A DNA stretch of 63,998 bases, the filler included, from Streblomastix strix (lineage: Eukaryota), in assembly GCA_008636045.1 (NCBI GenBank). It is 3 parts of 3 records of this genome, joined end to end, with 100 filler letters (N's around TTAATTAATTAA, not from the genome) between each part and the next. Parts side by side here need not be neighbours in the genome. Positions count along the whole stretch, not along the records: positions 42,803 to 63,998 come from SNRW01000390.1; 2 more parts are not named here. One strand, given 5' to 3'. Positions 53,701-63,998 of the stretch are shown one piece after another. Below the pieces are notes generated by a model that saw only the letters and a program-made list of their open reading frames with translations, was not told where the DNA came from and did not search any database. Positions within the stretch are counted from its first letter, which is position 1. Each line of letters opens with the position of its first letter. The position numbers and the translations under genes were made by a program.

Positions 53701-56700
53701 ACATTAGCTTGGGGAGTCAATCTTCCAGCTCATACAGTTATAATTAAAGGACTTGAATACTATAATCCAAAAAGAGGTAAATTAGATGATATATCAGGAT
53801 TGGATATTATGCAGATGGTTGGAAGAGCAGGTTTGTATTAAAATTTATAATTATATTAAATTAGTCTATATTTAATATACTTTATTAATTCTACTAAAAG
53901 GTCGACCCTAATATGATACATTTGGAGAAGCAGCATTGATTACTACACAATTGAAGCTAAATAATACAATAAGATCAGTTACATCAGCACAACCAATTGA
54001 ATCCTAATTGAAGAATGAATTGGCTTCTCATTTAAATGCTGAAATTACATTGGGTACAGTCGGAACAATAAAAGAAGCAATAAAGTATATATTGAAAGAA
54101 ATTAATAAATAAAAAAATAAATATGAATATAAACAAAGAATTATTATTATTATATTTTCTATATAATTTCTTTCATATATTCAATAAGATGGCTTCAATA
54201 TACTTATATGCACATAAGAATGAAAGCAAATCCAAGTGGTTATGGGGTAACAACTGAAGAAGCAGAAGATGATCCATAATTGGCTTCCGTTTTGGATACA
54301 ATGGTGAAGAGAACTGCAAATGAATTGAAGGAAATAAAAATGATAAGGTAATGAAATTATATGATTATATGAAATAATAATAATTATTATTTCATTAAAT
54401 TCATTGTATTTTAAATTTGATTAAATAGATTTAATGATGAAACAGGTGTAGTCTCTCCAACAGAATTTGGAAGAGTTGGATCTCATTATTATGTTCATCC
54501 AGATACAATGGCTTTATTCTGTCAGGTTCAATTTCAGTCTTTATTTATTAATTAATTTATTTATATTTATTCATTCAGACTCTCACAGCGCATCTTGGAG
54601 ATGCAGGAATATTCCATATGCTTTCATAGTGTTAAGAATTCTCATAGTTTATTGAAAGAGAAGATGAAACATTAGAATTAAAGATGATATCAAATGATGG
54701 GACATGTCCAATAAGGATATTAAGCAGGTACAAACCCAATGTGAATATAACCATAGATTTAATCGGTGGAATAGCTGGAGAATAAGGATAAGATGTAGGA
54801 GAAGGATAATAAGATCTCTAATTGGGTAAGAATATAATACAATAATTGGAGAGAGACACTCCAGGAGGGAGATGGGAAGGTAAAGGTGGGAAAAGTGGTA
54901 AAGGAGATGCAAAAGGGAAAGGAGGAGAAGGAATGAAGAAGATTTAATAGAAGAATCAGAAATCAGGTTAATTTGGTTCTAATATGATTGATACTAATAC
55001 AGCTGAAGGTGCTGGTGCAGGAGGTGGAGGTGGAATGACTGCAGATTTCAAAGCTAATGTCCTTTCATAAGCATATATCAGTGGATACAGGCCATAATCA
55101 TTCTCTCTTTCAAGTGATATCAACTATGTAGGACAGAATCTCCCTCGTCTAGCTCGTGCACTGTTTGAGATATCGCTTAAGAGAAGATGGGCAGCTCAGA
55201 CTTTGAGATTACATGAGATATGTCTATCTGCTGAGAAGTAGATGTGGTGGTGGGCTCATCCATTCTGCCAATTACCACAGAAGATATTCCCATCTGAAGC
55301 TGCTAGAGTATTAGGAGAGAAAAGGATGGGTATTGAATAATTGAGGGAGATGAACTCTGGAGATCTTTTGGCTATTCTCAGATCAAGACCGGCTGTTACT
55401 TCTGTTAAGGAAGCACTCCAATATTGGCCACATGTTGATATAGATTGTGAGATTAAGCCCATAACACACAATGTGCTCAGATTGGATATTGCATTGAGAT
55501 CCAAATGGAAGTGGGATGGAGAAGGAAGTATTCATGGAAGGCAGGAATAATTCTGGCTTGTAGTTGAAGATCCATTAGAAGATGAAATATTGCACAGTGA
55601 AATGGTTATATTCAGGAAACCAGGATTAAAAGGAAAGAAACAGAGAGGAGGAAGAAATAAAAAAAAGAATAAAGGAAAGAAAGGAAGTAATACTAAAGAT
55701 GATGATGATGAGAAACCACTTCCATTCTCATCTGCATCATCATATTCATCTTCTTATTTCACAACAGCTGCAGTATCACTTTTAGAGATGAATAGTAAAA
55801 GAAGAAAATAATCTGATAATGGAGATGAAGATGAAGATGAAGAAGAAGATTATGATGAATAACTTACATATGCGTCATCTAATAATACAACTCCTTCACT
55901 TACAACTCTTGCACAGATCGCAGCTTCATCTCTTCCACCCAACTGTGAGATGATTACAATAGTAGTTCCACTTCATGATCCAGCTCCAGATGAATATGTA
56001 ATAAGAGTCTTCTCAGATAGATGGATGGGTGCCACTAATGCACTCCCTATATTACTCTCTAAGATTGTCAGACCTGGATAAGGATCAACTGGGATTGGAA
56101 TCACAACGTCAGGTGGACTACAGAGACACTCAATCACACACCAACATACATCACTACTTCCTCTACAACCACTTCCTAAGACAACTTTGGAGAATCAAGA
56201 ATTGGCCAAATTTTACAGATTTTCTTTCTTCAATCCAGTTCAGACACAAGTCTTCTACACTGCACTTCACACTGACAACTCAATCCTTCTTGGTGCTCCA
56301 ACTGGATCTGGTAAGACACTCATTGCTGATTTGGCTATTCTAAGACTGCATAAAGAATACCCTGAATAATGCGCTGTATATATTGGCCCATTAAAAGCTC
56401 TAGTACGTGAACGTATGGAAGATTGGACAAGAAGATTAGTTCCCTCATTGAATATATAAGTAGTTGAATTAACAGGAGAGACCACACCTGATTAGAGAGC
56501 ACTTGAATGCGCATAAGTTATTTGTTCAACTCCAGAGAAATGGGATGGTGTATCAAGAGCTTGGGGAGCAAGAGCATATGTTAGACGTGTGTCTCTGTTG
56601 ATTCTTGATGAAGTACATATGCTAGGTTAGGATAGAGGCCCTGTTATAGAGGCTATTGTATCCAGACTTAGATTCATCAGTGCTAGAACAGGAAGACCAG

Positions 56701-59700
56701 TGAGAGTCATTGCACTATCAACAGCACTAGCCAATGCAGGTGATTTAGCAGATTGGTTGGGTGTGAATGAATCTGGATTGTTCAATTTCCGTCCTGATGT
56801 GAGACCTGTTCCAATAACAGTTCATATTCAGGGGTTTTCAGGAAGGCATTTCTGTCCGAGAATGGCAACAATGAACAGACCAGTATACAATGCAATAAGA
56901 GATTATTCAGGAGGGAAATCTTCATTAGTATTTGTTCCATCTAGAAGACAGACGAGATTAACTGCAGAAGCTCTGATAATGCTCAGTGCAGTTGATGAAG
57001 ATCCAACACAGTTCTGGGGAGAAGGAATGAATGATGAAGAAATGAGGAAGATTCTGTCAACTGTGAGAGACAATGCACTCAGACACACTCTATCATTTGG
57101 AATTGGATTACATCATGCTGGATTGGGTAAAGATGATAAAGGACTTGTTGAAGCTCTATTTGCAAGAGTTAGGATTAGAGTATTGGTTTCTACTGCTACA
57201 CTTGCATGGGGTGTGAACTTACCTGCAAGATTGGTTGTTGTAAAAGGAACCGAATTCTATGATGCACCAACTGAGAAATATGTTCCATATCCAATTACTG
57301 ATATTCTTCAGATGATTGGAAGAGCTGGTTTGTTTTAATTCTTAATCATGAATCAATTATAAATATCATCTTTCATTTCTATTTAATAGGTCGTCCTCAA
57401 TTTGATACTAATGGCTTTGCATGTGTAATGTGTGAATCCTCCCGAAAGGAGTTTTATCGTAAGTTTCTATATGCTCCATTTCCAGTAGAATCATCACTTC
57501 ATTTATAATTGCATGCTCATTTAAATGCTGAAATTGCGAGTGGATCTGTGAAATCAATAGCGGATGCATGCGCCTATTTAACCTGGACGTACTTATACAG
57601 ACGAATATTGGCTAATCCAGTTTATTATGGAGTACCATTGGGCAAAGATATATGGAGATAAGATAAAGGAAAGAAAGGGAGTGAGTAATAATGGAGTAGT
57701 GATGAGATCAGTGTAAGTGTAGAGAATCATTTAGCATAGATGTGTATTAACACTTTGAAGGATCTATATAGACATAAATGTATAGCTGTGGCTGGTTGGA
57801 GCAAGAAAAGAAATACATTTGAATAGAAAAATGGATAAAATGAAGAAATTAATGAAAATAAAGAAATTGTGAAGAGAAGAGGTATTAAGATGATAGTTGA
57901 AGAAGCATTAAAAATTGATGGATATTTATATGGTATTGATAATAATGGATCTGATGATGATGAAGAAGAAGATCAAAAAGATGAAATTATTCGTGCATTG
58001 GATAATGAGATTGATTTGATACTGACAACAAATCAGTCACAAATACCATTTAGTGACTTCATTGATGATATTCATGAGATCGATTAATTCTGTGAAGGAT
58101 CAACTATGCGTGAATTACTTGGATTGAATAGTGATGATTTAATTGGAGAATTAGAATTGGGAGATGAATTAGATGGTAAGAATGACTTGGATGAAAATAT
58201 TGGATTTGAGGATGACTTTGGAGAAGGGAATGAAGTTGGATATATGATGAATGAAGTTGCTCTACAGGAATTCCCTGAATTGAAGAAGAATTAATTAAAT
58301 TTAAAATAAGATGGAGAAACAAATAAATATTAGGAATAGAAGAAAGGAAAAGGAAATAAAAAGAAAAAGAATTAATAATAACAATAATAACAATAATAAT
58401 AAGAAAAGAAGTAATAAGATGGATAAAATAAAACTAATACAAAAGATTCATTTCAATACAATCCTAAATAATCTAATTCTAAATCAGATAAAGATTAAAC
58501 ATCAACATAACAATAATCTCAAACATAATAAACAAAGAATCTTCCTCAAATAATCCCTCTTCCATTGGGGAGAATCACTTCATATTATTATCTGAGACAT
58601 TAAACACCTACTTTCTTTGCTGCTAAATTATCTGATGCAGCCAAATAATAAATGAGAATAACATAGATAATGATTGGAGAAGATTTAAACGAGAAATATG
58701 GATAATAAAGAAGAGTAAATGTAAGTCTGAGTTGGATGAGACCTTCTTTCTTCTTCAATTATAAATCCAATGAATTATAGTCATCTTCATCTTCATCTTC
58801 AATATATTAACAACCAACCTCTCCATTTACACTTCTGTCTAATCTCTCTCCATTTGATATGTTATTCCTCAGTGCATCATGCTCTGAATTCAAATTACTC
58901 CCAGTCAGACACAATGAAGATGAAGAATGCAGAAACTTTGCTGAAGCTCTTCCATTTGTATCTTCACAATCACTCTCATAATCAACTCATTCACAATCTG
59001 TAATACATTCTACACTTTCATTCAATTCACCTCATACAAAGACTCTTCTTTTAGTACTTGCTCATATAACTCGAACTCCTTTGCCTTCACCTGACTTTGC
59101 TACAGACTTAAAATCTGTCCTTGATTCACTTCCACGTGTTCTCCAATCTCTTATTGATGTATCAGCTGAACTCGGATTACTTATTCCAGTTCTAAAGACT
59201 TTGAATTTGGGATAAATGATATACTAAGCTCAGATGGAAACAGATTCAACTCTACTCTAAGTGATCAAACCAATTATTGCATCTCATTTGGCTTCAGAGG
59301 CTGCGAATAGACAAGGAAAGTGGAAGAATAAGGATGAAGAAGAGAAAGATAATGAATTAAGAAGAGATTTAGAAGGTGTTGAGATTGAAGCTCAATATCA
59401 CTCAAGAAGAGCTTTGAGATAATTAGCAGAGAAACACGGCATAAAATTCTTACCATAACTTATATGGCTTGCAAATAAAAGAGACAATGATTCAAAATAT
59501 AATAAACAACAACTAACAGCTGTTGATGCATTGATCTCTGCTGGAATCGATTAATAGCAAAGTGAAGAGATTGACAACATCTTAGCAACAATTCCTGCAA
59601 TAACAGTTCGATGCTCATTAATTACTCTTGCTGAACCAGATAAGAAGGATGTTGATGCAAAATAAGAACCTACTTTATCAAAGAAAGAATAATAAAGACA

Positions 59701-60253
59701 GAATAAAGAAAAATAAAGTAAAGGATAATAAATACAGCAGAATGATAAATAATAATCAAATTCCATATAGAAACAAATAATATTCACTACACCTCCATCT
59801 CAAACAAATCCTCAATAAACATTAACAAACATTTCATTATCATCAATCACGCTTTAAATCACAATTACACTCACTCGTCATAATTAACAACTAACTTCAA
59901 GAGCTTTTGCTCCAAATTTCCCCAAACCAGTGCCTGTTGGATTTGTACTGATTGTTGGATGTCCAGCAACTGGTGAGTTATTTGCTCTGAAGCGAGCACA
60001 TTTCCCACCTTAAAACCGTAATTAAAATGTCACAGTAAAATTTGAGATGAGTATTAATAAAGCTGAGAGATTGAGACGAATGGAAAAAGTAATGAATGTT
60101 ATGATAGAAAAGAAAAGACGAAAGTCAAAAGGGAATTAAAATGATTATGAAAGAGGAAGAAATAATACCGCTAAAGGAAGTATATTGAGATTATTTATGG
60201 TCTGCGATTCGTATTGTGGGCTCGATGAAGAATACCCTCTTTATTTCAAATGA
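50733..60253 (+). CDS. ASCC3: Ski2-like tandem helicase ASCC3/Slh1, multi-exon; start uncertain
   Basis: Two cassettes: LNRIQS...[13 protein letters not shown] and [13 protein letters not shown]. Also [11 protein letters not shown], Sec63 domains and ASCC3-type [11 protein letters not shown] and [12 protein letters not shown]. Ends [15 protein letters not shown]. Confidence 0.92.
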
Positions 60254-60693
60254 GTTTCATTTCATCATTTTTGGATGAGTTTTTCAATAAATAGTATCAA
60301 ATCTTCACGCTTAAAACCAAGTTTATAATATTATTAATATTCACATTTTTAAAATTAATAATTTATAACTTATAACATATTCATCATGAATATAATGTTA
60401 TCGGTGGAGTTCAAACACATTTTTCTTAATTTAGCCGTAACATCACGTCTGCAGATCAAAATATTTTTAAATTAATATTATTGAAATTGCAAAATTTATT
60501 TAATTGTATTCTTATTGCTTTTGATAAAATTAAATAAGGATTTAAGTAATTAAATATATCACAAAATTCTACGAAAAAACACATTTTATTCAAGCTCATT
60601 TATGATCTGCGACTATTTTATGATACAATTTGATTTTAATAAAACATATTTTATTATATTTTATATACTTTTTTATTAGATATTATAAGTACA

Positions 60694-62426
60694 ATGACAT
60701 AAAAGAGCTCAAAACATAAAGAAAGTTAAACTCCTATAAAAAACAAAACAGTTTTAAAAGCTTTAACTTCAAACTTGGAAGATATCAATATAAATGATTA
60801 AGAAATAATTGTTGGGCGTGATGAAGAGTCGGATGTCATTGTTAACGATATGCGAATCAGCGGATCGCATATGAAAATAAGAAAAATGGGTAGTGATGTT
60901 ATAATAACAGATGTAAGGTTTTACTCTAATTATTTTTTAATAATAAATATATAAATATTTGATTTTTTATTATTTAGTTCCAATGGTACTTTTATTAATG
61001 GAAAAAAGGTTTGTATAAATAACAATTATTTCTATTTATTTATTATAATTTATTCTAAACAGCTTGGTTTTAAAAATAATCGCATTCTTCGAGATGGTGA
61101 TGTCATTGATCTCCGCATGCCTCCCAATTAATCAAATGAAGGTTATAATTAATATATTAACTTCAAATTCTTTTTAATTAAATCATTTTTTTCATTTTTT
61201 TTTCAGGAAGTATATTTCAATATTTATTTTAAAAGAATAGTATTAATTAATTCATAAGTTCATAATAAGTCACAACATAATCAAATCATACTATAATTAA
61301 TTCAAATATTAAAAAAGCCAGTGAAAAGAAAAAAATAAAAGAAAAGAAACAAAAGAAGAATAATTAACATCCCCATTCTTAATCACCAAAACATAATCCA
61401 ATCTCAAACAATTCTAATTACTCATCTCCATTTACTCCTAAAAATGATAAATTAAATAATCAAATATAAAATAATGATATGCATCCATAGCAGTAATCAA
61501 TTGATGCAGATGATCTTGAACAAGAAAGAATAAATCATATTGAAACTGATACTATAACAACATAAAGGACAATTAAGGAGGATAATAATGAAGATTTTAA
61601 TATTGATGAGATGAAAGAATCAAATGAAAATTCATACAATAGCCATTCTGAGAAAAGACATCGTGATCAAATTCATGGAAGTGGGAAGAGTTAACGAAGA
61701 AGTTTATGGTAAGATCCTTTATCCTAATATAACAAGGAAATTGAATAATATTCTGGGAATAGAGATGAAAATTGGAATGATTTAATTATTAATAAAAAGG
61801 AATAGAAAATTACAAAATAGATTATAAATGATTAAATGTCACATACAAAGATTTAATAAGACAATGATGGATAGAATAATCTTAATTAATTATCTATATT
61901 ATTATCACCTAATTCGCATTAATAACCTACAAATTAAACTTAATCTTAACACTCTTTAATTAATTCTTAGTTATCTAATTCGCCTTTTGGAATTGAAATT
62001 GGTGTTGATTAGGAAGAAAATAATAGTTTTGATAAATTAAAAAAAGATGATGATGATTAACTTGATGAATTGAATAACTCTTAATATTTAGATGAGATTG
62101 ATACTAATAAATCATTATTTGATAAATACCAATCATTTGATGAATAATGTTAAGAGATTGAAATTTCAAGCACACCTCAGCTTTTAATTTAAAAATAGAA
62201 AACAAAAAGAAATAATTAAGAAGTTCAATAGGTTTAAAAGAGGATGAAAACAACTGAAGAATCTAATGTTATAAAATTCAAATAAAATAAAAATGAAAAC
62301 AATAAATAACCATCTCCATCGAAGTTTTCTACGTTTGCAAAGTTCTTTATGCCAAAATCTGTATAAAACAAAATGCCAAATTAGGAAAACGAGTAGAAAG
62401 GAACGTTAAACAATAATCCATAATGA
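60694..62426 (+). CDS. FHA-domain protein with a long disordered tail, multi-exon
   Basis: IIVGRD...ISGSH...TD/SSNGTFINGKK/...LRDGDVI, split by short introns. Confidence 0.82.
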
Positions 62427-62578
62427 TAAGAACAGCAGCATTTCACATGTAAATATTTAACATTTTATTTGTTAACAATATATTATTATTTTCTTTTTAG
62501 ATTGAACAAGATTTTATAATATAAAAACATTTTTAAATACCAAAACAAATATGACGTGAACTCATAACTTTGCACTAT

Positions 62579-63078
62579 TCAGTAATCCTCAGCTGAAGGT
62601 GGAAGTGGTGAAGTGCCCCATTCTCTGTTGGCCTTATTTCCCATAACGAAGACAAATTTACCTCCATTTTCAATGTCTGAGTAAGTGAACCAGCATTTGT
62701 CCCAATCCTTACCATTGAAAGTAGCTGATCTGATATATTTGTTGTCATGTGAAACATTTTGTGCTTCTATTTCAAGATAGACATGGTTGTCTGCATTTGA
62801 ATCTTCATTATTATCTCCTTATTCTTTTTTAATTCTATTAATTATTTCTTTTGTCCTTTACCCCAAATCTAATTTGACTTTCGGGAAGAATGGAGAACCA
62901 ATTACATAAACATCCTACCCAACTCCAACTGGATAGAATCCAATCTTTATTTATTGCAAATAATGAATAGAAAGAGGATTAATAAGGAAATATTAATAAA
63001 TATAATCGTATACCATTGAAAAGACAACAAACGCAGACAATCCACCACCATCTTCATCACCTGGAACACCTGAACAAA

Positions 63079-63134
<56 letters not shown>

Positions 63135-63998
63135 TAATGAAATGTATTAATACAAACCAGCAACATCATTTCTGAACCATTATTCAACAAGACTCCTCAC
63201 TCGCTTCTATGTTTTCCAAGGTTGACCTAAAATTAATGAAATTAAAAATGTGAATAAAAATAAAAACTATTAATAATTGGTTAAAGTAATATAATACCTG
63301 CATAACAATAGAGATAAGGAATATGCATGCTTGGTTCATTAGCCATTGTGAATTAACCAACATTTGCAGTTTGATCAGGCCATTAAGAGTAGAAAGATGA
63401 TCTTGTCTGAATAGTAATATGCGAAGAAAAAAGATTAAAATTAAGAGTTAGTTAATTGAAGAATCAATTCTATATTTCATACTCTTCCAAGAGGTTCACG
63501 GAAGAGTTAATCTAAACTTTCACAAAATGCTTCTGATCCCCCTAAATAACAAATAAATATAAAAATGAATTATTATTAATACAATATTATATTTCTATAC
63601 ATACCCATCATTCTTATAAGTTCTTTTGTATTGTGTTAAACATCCCATCTGTAAGTCCATCCATTATTCTCATCATAATAATCTCTTCCTCCTTATCCTC
63701 CTGAAAACTTATAATCAAATGGATTAACCTTATTAATAGATAATAAATATAATAAAAAAAAAGAATAACAGTAAAATTAATAAGAAAGATTTTCATAATA
63801 AATATAAACCCAATTCCCAGAACTGTCTTTTGGATGGAAGAATCCGCCTCCTGTAATATCTCCTCCTGCAATCAATAATATAAGATAATAAATATATATT
63901 AATATATATTAATAATACACTCACATTAAATATATATTATATTTGTATTTCCAATATTAATACCATTACTCCTAATTTAATATTTCATTTATCCTTTT
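62579..63998 (-). CDS. GH92 alpha-1,2-mannosidase, 3' part, multi-exon; the 5' portion lies beyond the window
   Basis: FFHPKD, RDYYDENNGWTYRWDVQH, NVGQFTMANEPSMHIPYLY, GVPGDEDGGGLSAFVVFSM, GFYPV...YVIGSP, YIRSATFNGK. Confidence 0.9.

Overview
Very AT-rich eukaryotic DNA. It reads cleanly only with genetic code 6 (TAA/TAG = Gln, TGA the only stop), so the supplied standard-code ORF track is mostly fragments or noise. The code plus short GT-AG introns suggest an oxymonad such as Streblomastix (inference). N-flanked TTAATTAATTAA linkers show three joined contigs (1-21307, 21408-42702, 42803-63998). Contig 1 holds an apparently intact ~19.4 kb endogenous Polinton/Maverick-like virus. Its genes are a protein-primed PolB with terminal-protein, OTU-like and HNH modules, a retroviral-type integrase with a D-D-D triad, two phage-tail-fibre-like proteins, an amphipathic pVI-like protein, major and minor capsid candidates, an A32 packaging ATPase and five unknown ORFs. 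A hAT-like transposase follows. Contig 2 starts with a decayed relative of that virus (fibre, shared ORF, Fic domain, primase-helicase), then host RasGAP/IQGAP-like, coiled-coil and PAM2/Asn-repeat genes. Contig 3 has a decayed pPolB N-terminus and a PrimPol-SF3 helicase cassette bracketed by a perfect 27-bp inverted repeat that ends in a Polinton-type ACTACT. It continues with a DIRS-like retroelement relic, ASCC3, an FHA protein and an intron-containing GH92 alpha-mannosidase of probable Bacteroidota origin. All translations were done by eye with code 6; no database searches were run.
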